Assembly: GCA_965120395.1 (NCBI GenBank)
Contig: CBCPND010000018.1
Location: 444-64,443 of the forward strand
Direction of reading: 5' to 3'
Length of the DNA stretch: 64,000 nt
Source of the DNA: an uncultured Helicobacter sp.
GTDB taxonomy: Bacteria; Campylobacterota; Campylobacteria; Campylobacterales; Helicobacteraceae
Shown here: positions 27,801 through 35,718 of the stretch, piece after piece
Numbering within the stretch: the stretch's first letter is position 1
How the letters are laid out: each line of letters starts with the position of its first letter
Translations under genes and position numbers: made by a program
Notes under the pieces: generated by a model
Seen by the model: only the letters and a program-made list of their open reading frames with translations
What the model was told of the DNA's origin: nothing
Databases searched by the model: none

Positions 27801-27940
27801 ACGCTAATCATCGGGCGCGTAGTTTGAGGTAAAAGCTGATAGGGGATTTTATATAAAGCGATGCAGCCAAACAGCAAGATAAAAATACCAATCACACTTG
27901 CAAAAACAGGATTCTTAAGAAAAAAACGTAAAAGATTCAT
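24830..27940 (-). CDS. RND (AcrB/HAE-type) efflux transporter
   Basis: 1036 aa, 12-TM AcrB architecture with two large periplasmic loops. Confidence 0.9.
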   Translation of the reverse strand: MNLLRFFLKNPVFASVIGIFILLFGCIALYKIPYQLLPQTTRPMISVYTAWSGASPYEIEREIIQKQEKYLKNLLGLVSMTSTSREGMAIINLEFSLDTDLDMAFINVSSKLEEIGGYRENVQKPIIKTTGEIIPVAVYLFAKSLDSVHHIDTYRNFIEDNVLHYYERIEGVGEAYLSGGTTKEIQIFLNAQQLAFNNIAIKEVIQAIYAQNINISAGSVDFNQRNYRIQAIGAYASLNEILNTVIKVQNGKITRLKDIADVKKGYAKKTNYNIHNGDDVISIQIRPTANANILELTNRIWEATQNLNNSVLKKEGIHIDWGRDQRQFILDAIKQVKDNVFLGVILSVAVLMLFLRNLTSLVIISLVIPLSIIGTFILLYAFGRTLNVISLAGISFAISMVIDSAIVVLESIIRNRRKNPAQPFEATFIGTKEVFGALFASSVTTIAIFIPILYLKDEAGQLFADIAIASSSAIILALIVCIFIIPSLLLLWLPKHQKPPTQISQKIATFGFKAQEWIMHIVRFCTKSAMSRFLSVVLFLGGSIGFSIYAFPKVDYMPKGEQNFIIAYISTPPGISLNEKHYISQLLYQEITPLLEQNGYVQQSIKDPPAIRDFFMSVDNTIYFYLVASDDKKARELIPFAKNIINQIPNASGVVLQQEIFSGSSSSSIDLNISGDDLDSITRAAREIFGLINEKLPYIGIRAVPALYANNQEVNLYPNSFALLQNKLDIESFGDILLVTLGGKKIGQVRIGDEYSDLVLKSARNRGDYAPEDFLYSQIYTPNGKVIPLVSLVDVRNEVGISTIRHFEQKRSALLILNPNGNAPLEEVIEIIQENILKPVIENFDDLSITLNGNADKLSKLRADLSWGFVLAIVVTYLILCALYGSYFYPFFIILTIPLATAGGIMGLFGVNALIASQNLDVITMLGFIILVGSVVNNAILIVYQARINFNSYKMSWRESVLDSTRTRLSPIYMSMATSVLALLPLVIFSGAGGEIYRGLGAVLIGGLTFSTIITVFIIPSLLLSVSPKEKSKNQG

Positions 27941-28959
27941 TTAGGATTTTTAATCTCCACTTCCATTCCGTCTCTTAGCACATCTTGCCCGCGATACACA
28001 ATTTTATCACCCTGCTTTAACTCTCCTAATACAAGCGATGAGGCATTTTGAATGGTAAGCACTTCTATATCCACTCTTGTAGCCCTATCATTATTGACCA
28101 CAAAAATATAGGCTTTTTTATTCCGATACACAACGCTATCTCGTGGCACTATAAAGCCCTTTTGGCTTCCAGAAATATCAAGCAGTACCTCTGCAGCCAT
28201 CCCATCTAAAAAGCTTCCATCATTATTGACAGAAATATGCACTGGGAAGGTTCTTGAGAGCATATCTGCTTTTGGAATGATTGCTGTTATAGTGCCATTA
28301 TATTTTTTAGAGCCAATGACTAATGCTGTTTGCTGATTCAATTTTATATTTCGTGCGACAGAGCTTGGCACATCAATAATCACTTCTGTATCTTTAGAAT
28401 TAAGAATCTGGCAGATCGCCTGCCCTATTTGCACCCATTCTCCAATGTGGATTTTCTCCTCTACGATAATCCCATCAAATGGTGCATAAATGGTTTTTTG
28501 AGCTAGTTGGGCTTGAGAGATTTTTAGCTCAGCTTCAAGGGCTATGATTCTAGCTTCTTGGGATTTGTATTCATACTCTAGATTCTCATATTGCTGCACT
28601 GAAATTGATTGAGAAGCCAAAAGCTTTTTATAACGTTCTAGTTCATTTCTTTGACGCTCAAGTATGTATTTAGCTTCTGTGATTTTGGCACGTTTTATTG
28701 TGATATCTTGTAAGAGCAGATCAGATTCTAGCTTTAAGAGTTTTTGCCCCTTTTTTACCCTTTGCCCAATATTAAAAAATATATTTTGCACGATCCCTTG
28801 CGCTGGTGATGCAATAGAGCTTGTCTCTTTAAAATACACACTTCCGATGAATGACTCCACTCGATTTATATTCCCATATTTTATATCTGCTACCTCAACA
28901 GCCACTTTTGCCCATAAACACCCTACACTTATAATAGCTATGAGCAATATTAGCCTCAT
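27937..28959 (-). CDS. RND periplasmic adaptor (membrane fusion protein)
   Basis: 340 aa, HlyD/AcrA-like lipoyl-hairpin-barrel pattern. Overlaps both neighbours by 4 nt. Confidence 0.85.
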   Translation of the reverse strand: MRLILLIAIISVGCLWAKVAVEVADIKYGNINRVESFIGSVYFKETSSIASPAQGIVQNIFFNIGQRVKKGQKLLKLESDLLLQDITIKRAKITEAKYILERQRNELERYKKLLASQSISVQQYENLEYEYKSQEARIIALEAELKISQAQLAQKTIYAPFDGIIVEEKIHIGEWVQIGQAICQILNSKDTEVIIDVPSSVARNIKLNQQTALVIGSKKYNGTITAIIPKADMLSRTFPVHISVNNDGSFLDGMAAEVLLDISGSQKGFIVPRDSVVYRNKKAYIFVVNNDRATRVDIEVLTIQNASSLVLGELKQGDKIVYRGQDVLRDGMEVEIKNPK

Positions 28960-29393
28960 ACAATTTCTCCCAATATTTTCTCTAAAAGATTTTTTAATGT
29001 CTGTTGCTCGTTAGAATCCAAGCATTGATTAAAGATTAATTCTATTTTTTTTGAAGATATGATAACCTCTTTAAGCTTTGTATGCCCTGCTTCTGTAATA
29101 CTGACATAAGTTATACGCCTATCAGTTATATTTCTATATTTTTTAATTAATCCCTTTTTTTCTAATGAATAAATACAGCGCGATATTGTTGTCTTATCTT
29201 TCATAGATTTTGAGACTATCTCACTTATAGTCATATCTCTAAAAGATACCATATATAGTATGCCCGCTTGTTCGGGTCCTAATCCAAGAGGTCTAATAGC
29301 ACAAGCCACATAATTTTCAAGATGTCTTGCTGTCATCCCAAACAATGCGACCAAGCTAGGATTATTACAATCCATTATTATTCCTTCAAACAC
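28956..29393 (-). CDS. MarR-family transcriptional regulator (first gene of RND operon)
   Basis: 145 aa, winged-helix pattern (..TISEIVSKSMKDKTTISRCIYSLEKKGLI..DRR..). Confidence 0.8.
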   Translation of the reverse strand: MFEGIIMDCNNPSLVALFGMTARHLENYVACAIRPLGLGPEQAGILYMVSFRDMTISEIVSKSMKDKTTISRCIYSLEKKGLIKKYRNITDRRITYVSITEAGHTKLKEVIISSKKIELIFNQCLDSNEQQTLKNLLEKILGEIV

Positions 29394-29487
29394 CAGAATC
29401 GCTAAAGCATTTTAGCATAAATCCATATAGATTTTTATTTTTTAACCACTTGCAATAGCCACTTGTGGAAGTTATGATGTAATTGCA

Positions 29488-30705
29488 TTATTCGTGCCTT
29501 AAAGCATCTATAGGGTTAAGCTTAGAAGCCCTTTTAGCAGGCAAATAGCCAAATAATACACCAATGAGTGCTGAAAAAATAAAAGCCACAATTGCCGTTG
29601 GTATATCAAAAATAAATGGTAACCCCACAGAATATGCCAAAACCAAAGATACAAAAAATGCCAATATAATGCCAATAATACCGCCAAGTGAGCTTAATGT
29701 AACCGCTTCGATGAGAAACTGCAAAAGCACTTCACTCTGCAATGCGCCAATCGCCATTCTCGTGCCAATCTCTTTAGTGCGCTCAGTAACAGAAACTAAC
29801 ATAATATTCATAATCCCAATGCCCCCTACAAGCAAGCTAACACTTGCGACAAGTCCTAAAAACATCGTTAAAACCTTTATATTTGACTCAAAAGCATCAG
29901 CAATTTGCTTTGTATCCATAATCTCAAAAGAATCCCTCTCACCCGGCTTTACATTGCGTATATCACGCAAAATACTAGTGAGGGCTGTAGCGATTTGAGT
30001 AGAATCAGCATCTTCTTCTGTGCGCATCATAATGCGCCCAAAGGCATTTAGTGTGCTGCTTTTTGAAATCGATCGAGAATATGTTTTCATCGGCAAAAGC
30101 AGCACATCATCTTGGTCATTTCCCATTCCACCTTGTCCTTTTGATTCTAGCACGCCCACACACTCACACACGATATTGCTTAGGCGGATTTTTCTACCTA
30201 ATGGATTCTCATTTTTAAAAAGATTCTTGCGCACAGATTCGCCAATCACACACACATTACTCCCAACCCTATATTCCTCATCTTCAAATAGCCTACCTTG
30301 TGAAGTATCCCACTGCGTCACATCAAAGAAATTTGCATCCACGCCTTGCACTTGCGTGGTGGTATTTTGCGCTTGGAACTGCAAAAATGTCGAGGTTTGT
30401 GAGACTGGAGCGATGGCTACAATGTATTCTCTAGCGCGCTCTTTTAGCTCTTTGACCTCTTGTGCGGTGAAATTCCGCCTGATGTTTGAACCTCCCGGAT
30501 TCATACCTCTTGCTGGAAAGATTAATATTAAATTCCGACCCAAAGATGTGAAAGTATCGCTTGTTTTTTTTGTCACGCCATTCCCTAAGCTTATCATCAC
30601 AACAACTGCGCCAACGCCAATAATCACACCAAGCATCGTCAAAAACGCGCGTAAAAAATTCCTCTTAATCTGTCGCAAGGCAAGCAAGAAAGCGTTAAGT
30701 ATCAT
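29488..30705 (-). CDS. MacB-type ABC transporter permease (FtsX domain)
   Basis: 405 aa. N-terminal TM segment, large periplasmic domain, C-terminal FtsX 3-TM, and a ..P...A.....I.ALR.E terminus. Confidence 0.85.
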   Translation of the reverse strand: MILNAFLLALRQIKRNFLRAFLTMLGVIIGVGAVVVMISLGNGVTKKTSDTFTSLGRNLILIFPARGMNPGGSNIRRNFTAQEVKELKERAREYIVAIAPVSQTSTFLQFQAQNTTTQVQGVDANFFDVTQWDTSQGRLFEDEEYRVGSNVCVIGESVRKNLFKNENPLGRKIRLSNIVCECVGVLESKGQGGMGNDQDDVLLLPMKTYSRSISKSSTLNAFGRIMMRTEEDADSTQIATALTSILRDIRNVKPGERDSFEIMDTKQIADAFESNIKVLTMFLGLVASVSLLVGGIGIMNIMLVSVTERTKEIGTRMAIGALQSEVLLQFLIEAVTLSSLGGIIGIILAFFVSLVLAYSVGLPFIFDIPTAIVAFIFSALIGVLFGYLPAKRASKLNPIDALRHE

Positions 30706-30810
30706 AAGATTCTTCCTTTGTTTTGTGTAATGTGTGAGGGCTTGTGATTTCTATACAGAATAATTTTAATTGATTTTTGCTTGTCTCAAAAATGGCAGTA
30801 TCTCTAAACA

Positions 30811-31482
30811 TCATACCAATTTCCCATCAAGACAATGAATCTTCCTGCTTGCATATTTCGCCATATCCGGCTCGTGCGTCACCATTAAGATTGTAATCCC
30901 AAGTGCCTTATTAAGATCGACTAGAATCTCCATAATCTCTACACTTCGCTTTGTATCAAGATTCCCGGTTGGTTCATCAGCGAGCAAAAACAAAGGCTTT
31001 GAAGCTATCGCTCTAGCAATTGCTACGCGTTGCTGCTGCCCACCAGAAAGCTTAGCACTTGTATGGCTTGCCCAATCCCTTAAGCCCACTTTATCTAGCG
31101 CTTGCAGGGCTATCTCCTCGCGCTCTGCTTTTTTAATCCCGCGATACATAAGTGGCAGCTCCACATTCTCTAATGCCGTTGTGCGCGCCAAAAGATTAAA
31201 GCCTTGAAAAATAAACCCTATATAATTCCTACGCAACAAAGCCCGCTGATTATGAGTAAGATCAAACACACTTGCACCACAGAATAAATACTCCCCTCTT
31301 GTGCCCACATCAAGCGTGCCTAAAATATTTGCTAAACTTGATTTTCCAGAGCCACTAGGTCCCATAAGGGCGATAAATTCACCCTGCTTGATCTCCAAGC
31401 TTATGCCCTTTAATGCTTCAAAGGCATTTTCGCCCTTGCCGTAGGTTTTATGAACATCATTAAGCACGATAAAATCTTGCAT
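30811..31482 (-). CDS. MacB/LolD-type ABC transporter ATP-binding protein
   Basis: Walker A GPSGSGKSS, signature LSGGQQQR, Walker B LLLADEPT. Confidence 0.9.
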   Translation of the reverse strand: MQDFIVLNDVHKTYGKGENAFEALKGISLEIKQGEFIALMGPSGSGKSSLANILGTLDVGTRGEYLFCGASVFDLTHNQRALLRRNYIGFIFQGFNLLARTTALENVELPLMYRGIKKAEREEIALQALDKVGLRDWASHTSAKLSGGQQQRVAIARAIASKPLFLLADEPTGNLDTKRSVEIMEILVDLNKALGITILMVTHEPDMAKYASRKIHCLDGKLV

Positions 31483-31484
31483 TG

Positions 31485-32789
31485 CTATTTACTTTTTAGT
31501 GCTGTAATGACTTTGGTTTGCATATCAATGCCACTTAGAATCTGGGTGTATTGCCCATCTGATATTCCCACTTCGACATTAATGGCTTCTGGGACGCCAT
31601 TTTTTAGAATCCATAAAGTGCCTTTTTTTGTGATTTTGTCTTTTTTATCTTGCATATTGAATCCCGGACGAGGCGGTCTTGGTGGCGTAAAAAGTGGGCC
31701 AGCGGATGATTTATCCTTTGACATTGCCTTTTGTATAGCTTTATTAAGATCAAAATACAGCGCACTACTTGGCACAAGAATGGCATTATCCACTCTAGCA
31801 ATGGTAATATCTGCTGTGGCGCTCATATCTGGGCGCAAGAGCAAGGATTGATTATCCACTTCTATACGCGCAATGTAGCTTACGATATCCGAGGAGCTAG
31901 AACTTGAGCTAGAGGAGCTAGAACTTGAGCTAGAGGAGCTGCTATCACCAGAGCCAAAATTGACTTTATTCACTTTTGCCTTAAAGATTTTATCAGGATA
32001 GGCATCCACACTAAAGCTAACCTCCTGCCCTTCTTTAACCTTGCCTATATCCGCTTCAGAAATATGAGCTTTTAGCACCATTTCTTCAAGCTTTTCTGCG
32101 ACCTTAAATAAAACGGGTGCTTGAAGACTTGCTGCGACACTCTGCCCAACTTCTACGCTTTTTGTAAGTACTACCCCATCAATTGGCGTTATGATATAGG
32201 AATTTTTAAGATCAAAGTTAGCAGATGCAATGCTCGTCTCAATCTCAGCAATTGAAGCCTTGCTAATATCGACATTAGAAAGCGCTGAAGTATAATCTGT
32301 TTTAGCGTTATGAAGCTCAAGCTGGGATGGGGATTTACCGCCAGTGCTTTCATACACATCAAGCAAGCGCTCATAGTTCCACTTCTTATCAGCCAGAGTT
32401 TGCTCATTTGCCTTTAGCTGCGCTTTTGCGGAATTTAGCTGTGCTTTATAGCGCGCTATTTCTTGATTTATCGTCTCTGGATTAATGCGTGCTAAAACCT
32501 GCCCCTTTTCAACCTTATCATTTTCCTCTACTAGCACTTCTAGCACGATTCCAGAGATAACACTTCCAATTTCAACTTCATTTGTAGGAGATAGTGAGCC
32601 AGAAGCTGAGATACTAGATTTTATTGCGCCTTGCTTTGGTGTGACAATCTCATATTCAAAGCTTGGCTTATGAAACTTCCAAAAATAAATCCCAACGACA
32701 AGTATAATCGCGCAAACCACCCCTGCTACGATTATCCACTTTGATTTAAGGGGTGATTTTTGCGGGTTGAGTACATCATAAATGTTCAT
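31485..32789 (-). CDS. MacA-type periplasmic adaptor (HlyD family) carrying an 18-Ser insertion
   Basis: 434 aa, N-terminal TM segment, long coiled-coil hairpin, barrel domains. Contains an uninterrupted run of 18 serines by my translation. Confidence 0.85.
   Translation of the reverse strand: MNIYDVLNPQKSPLKSKWIIVAGVVCAIILVVGIYFWKFHKPSFEYEIVTPKQGAIKSSISASGSLSPTNEVEIGSVISGIVLEVLVEENDKVEKGQVLARINPETINQEIARYKAQLNSAKAQLKANEQTLADKKWNYERLLDVYESTGGKSPSQLELHNAKTDYTSALSNVDISKASIAEIETSIASANFDLKNSYIITPIDGVVLTKSVEVGQSVAASLQAPVLFKVAEKLEEMVLKAHISEADIGKVKEGQEVSFSVDAYPDKIFKAKVNKVNFGSGDSSSSSSSSSSSSSSSSSSDIVSYIARIEVDNQSLLLRPDMSATADITIARVDNAILVPSSALYFDLNKAIQKAMSKDKSSAGPLFTPPRPPRPGFNMQDKKDKITKKGTLWILKNGVPEAINVEVGISDGQYTQILSGIDMQTKVITALKSK
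31891..31943. repeat. 21-bp in-frame tandem repeat x2.5 encoding poly-Ser
   Basis: GAGGAGCTAGAACTTGAGCTA at 31891-31911 and 31912-31932, then the partial copy GAGGAGCTGCT. Confidence 0.9.
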
Positions 32790-34390
32790 TTTATCTCCTT
32801 ATTTGCAGAATCTAAAGGTGATGATTTCAAATCTATAGAATCCTCTCTAGAATCATCAGAATCTTGATTAGAATCCAAGGTAGAATCTAGCACAGACTCT
32901 ATCCCTTCAGATTCTAAATACAGTGCTCCACCAAATGCTTTAAATAAAGTTACTGCCGCGATAAGCTCATTCACCCTTGAAGTGAAATACTGCGTTTGGA
33001 TGGAAATATGAGTATTTGCATTACTCAAAAACTCGCTTGTATCGATTATTCCGCTACGCATTCGCACTTTATCGGTCTGATAAGATTCTGTGCTCAAGCG
33101 CAATAACTCGGCATTATTCTCCACTTGCCTTTGTTGGGAATCCTTATTAAAAAGTGCATTTTCAATCTCGCTTAATGCTGTATTTATCGTCTCTTGCAAA
33201 GTATAAAATGCCTCTTTGCCAAGCTCTTTTTGAATCTTATAGGTCTCTCTTAAGCTCACGCGATTTAAAAGTGGTGTCGAAATAGAGCTTGCGATCTGAT
33301 AAACTAGCGATGAAGCCGATGATACAGTGCTAAGAAGCACGCGTCCAATCGACCCACTTAATGAGATCGTAGGCAGTCTCGCAGCCTTCGCATTAGTCAC
33401 TTTATAAAGCTGAGAATGCAGGGCAAACACGCTTGATTTGACATCTGGACGCTCCAAAATCACTTCCACTGGAATCGTGTTAATATTATAGTTTGCAATC
33501 TCTGGCAGATCCTCTTTGACAGAATCTAAAAACTTCACTTTAGAATCAAGCTCATCAGCATTGATATCAAGCAACACCAAAAGTGCGTTTTTGTTCTGCT
33601 CATAAGTGTAACGCAGGGTTTCTAGGGAGTTTTGCTGCGTGACTAGAGATTGTCTATTTGTCCTATAAGTATTTAAATCAACAAGCCCACGCTCATATTC
33701 TTTTTGACTAATAGAATCTATCTCTTTTAGATTCTCTAGCATCTCCTCGCCAAGCTTGATATTATAGGCATTATCGCGTAGGGTAAAATATAAGTTTCCA
33801 ACTTCGGATAATAATGACATTTGCGCATCCTGGAGATTGGCTTGGGCTTGTTCATAATCTTTCTTGCTTGACTTGCGCAAAGCATTTAATTTGCCAAACA
33901 AATCCAACTCCCAGCTCGCAGAGAGATTCGCGCTAACGGAATTTGTGCCAGTTTGGACGGATATGCTTTGAGACTGCGTGCGCCTATCGGTGTAATTTGC
34001 GCTGACATTCCCACTAATTGTGGGAAAAAGAGAAGCTGTATCGATGCGCACTTGGGATTTTGCCTGCTTGATACGCGACGCCATAGTAAGCACATTTGTG
34101 TTGCGCTCTAAGGCAATGTCTAAAAGTGTGTGCAAACCTTTATCATCAATGAAAAGATAAAAGCGTTCTATTGGCGTTTTATGCGGTGTTTTGGACTTGG
34201 ATTTTTTCTTAGATTTTTTTTGGCTAGAATCCAGATTCTCAAGATTTTGTGCGTTATTATCCTTGGGACTATTGACAAAGTGCTTAGGGATGTGAGCTTT
34301 TAATGCTAGCTCATCTGAAGTCGGAATCTTAGTTGTGCAGCCTACAAACAAAGCACACACGCTTGCTCCAAAGATTAAGCCCAATCTCAT
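32786..34390 (-). CDS. Outer-membrane efflux lipoprotein (NodT/OprM family) of the MacAB operon
   Basis: Lipobox ..LFVGC, OEP repeats. Lys-rich N-terminal linker and D/S-rich C-terminal tail. Confidence 0.85.
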   Translation of the reverse strand: MRLGLIFGASVCALFVGCTTKIPTSDELALKAHIPKHFVNSPKDNNAQNLENLDSSQKKSKKKSKSKTPHKTPIERFYLFIDDKGLHTLLDIALERNTNVLTMASRIKQAKSQVRIDTASLFPTISGNVSANYTDRRTQSQSISVQTGTNSVSANLSASWELDLFGKLNALRKSSKKDYEQAQANLQDAQMSLLSEVGNLYFTLRDNAYNIKLGEEMLENLKEIDSISQKEYERGLVDLNTYRTNRQSLVTQQNSLETLRYTYEQNKNALLVLLDINADELDSKVKFLDSVKEDLPEIANYNINTIPVEVILERPDVKSSVFALHSQLYKVTNAKAARLPTISLSGSIGRVLLSTVSSASSLVYQIASSISTPLLNRVSLRETYKIQKELGKEAFYTLQETINTALSEIENALFNKDSQQRQVENNAELLRLSTESYQTDKVRMRSGIIDTSEFLSNANTHISIQTQYFTSRVNELIAAVTLFKAFGGALYLESEGIESVLDSTLDSNQDSDDSREDSIDLKSSPLDSANKEIK

Positions 34391-34576
34391 CTTTTTACAT
34401 TCCTTGTCATAAAATCAGCTTGCAATTATAAAAAACAAAAAGTGAATTCAGTGTGAAATCTACCATAAATTTTGAGGGAGCCATTAAAATCCAAGTTTAT
34501 TTGCAGGTTTATTGGGGGGCAGAATCTATTTTAAGCATCTTTTGGTAAAATTCAAACTCAAGTTTTGGGGGTTTGT

Positions 34577-35701
34577 ATGCGATTTAAAGCAGAATGGGAA
34601 AAACAAAGCGCAATATTACTTGCCTTTCCGCATAAAAATAGTGATTGGGCACGCTACATTGATGAAGCAAGAGCTTGCTTTTTAAATATCATCAAGATTA
34701 TCACAAAGTTTGAAAATATCGTTATTTGCGTGGATTCTAGAGATAAAAAAGGCTTTGAGATTCTAAAGCAAAGCTTTGCGCCTAATTGTGATTTCAAATT
34801 TCAAGATTCTAACCTTCACGTCTTAAAGCTTACAAATCGCATAACTCTAGCTTTTATGCCAACAAATGACACTTGGGCACGCGACTTTGGCGCAATCACA
34901 TTAGAATCCAACACGTATTCAAGCAAAGACTCTAGCTTAGATTTCAGTCCAGAATCTAACGCGGATTCTAGTCAAGCAGAAACTAATGAGAATCTAACTC
35001 TTTTAGATTTTAGCTTTAATGGCTGGGGGAATAAATTTAGCGCAAACTTTGATAACCAAATTACACAAAACCTTTGCAAACTTGGGCTTTTAAGCCAGAA
35101 TCTAAAAAGCTTTGATTTTGTGCTTGAAGGCGGGAGCATTGATACAAATGGCAAAGGCTTGCTTCTTACGACAGCACAATGCCTCCTTGAGCCAAATCGC
35201 AATCCGCAGTTTTCAAAGCCCCAAATTGAAACCTTTTTAAAAGCACAGCTTCATATTAAAAAGGTTTTGTGGTTAGATTCTGGATTCTTGCAAGGCGATG
35301 ACACTGATAGCCACATTGACACGCTTGCGCGCTTTATTGATGCAAACACAATCGCTTATATCACCTGTGATGATGAAAGCGACATCCACTACAACGCACT
35401 TAAGAAAATGGAGCAAGAACTGCAAAGCCTGACAGATTCTAATAATAAGCCTTTTAAACTTATAAAGCTTCCTTTCACGCGCGCGATTTATTATGATAAT
35501 GAGCGCTTGCCCGCGAGTTATGCGAATTTTTTGTTTATCAATGATGCCTTGCTTGTGCCAACTTATAATGATGAAAATGACGCGCTTGCCTTAGAGATTC
35601 TTAAAAAAGCTTGCCCCGATCGCGAAGTTATTGGTATTGATTGTAGCGTTTTGATTCGTCAGCACGGGAGTTTGCATTGTGTGACGATGCAACTTTATTA
35701 A
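34577..35701 (+). CDS. aguA: Agmatine deiminase-family protein
   Basis: ..AFPH...DW.., WARDFG, FNGWGNKF, DSHIDTLARF and a C-terminal GSLHCVTMQ catalytic-Cys motif. Start set to ATG 34577. Confidence 0.85.
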   Translation: MRFKAEWEKQSAILLAFPHKNSDWARYIDEARACFLNIIKIITKFENIVICVDSRDKKGFEILKQSFAPNCDFKFQDSNLHVLKLTNRITLAFMPTNDTWARDFGAITLESNTYSSKDSSLDFSPESNADSSQAETNENLTLLDFSFNGWGNKFSANFDNQITQNLCKLGLLSQNLKSFDFVLEGGSIDTNGKGLLLTTAQCLLEPNRNPQFSKPQIETFLKAQLHIKKVLWLDSGFLQGDDTDSHIDTLARFIDANTIAYITCDDESDIHYNALKKMEQELQSLTDSNNKPFKLIKLPFTRAIYYDNERLPASYANFLFINDALLVPTYNDENDALALEILKKACPDREVIGIDCSVLIRQHGSLHCVTMQLY

Positions 35702-35718
35702 AGCTTTAAAGTGATTTT

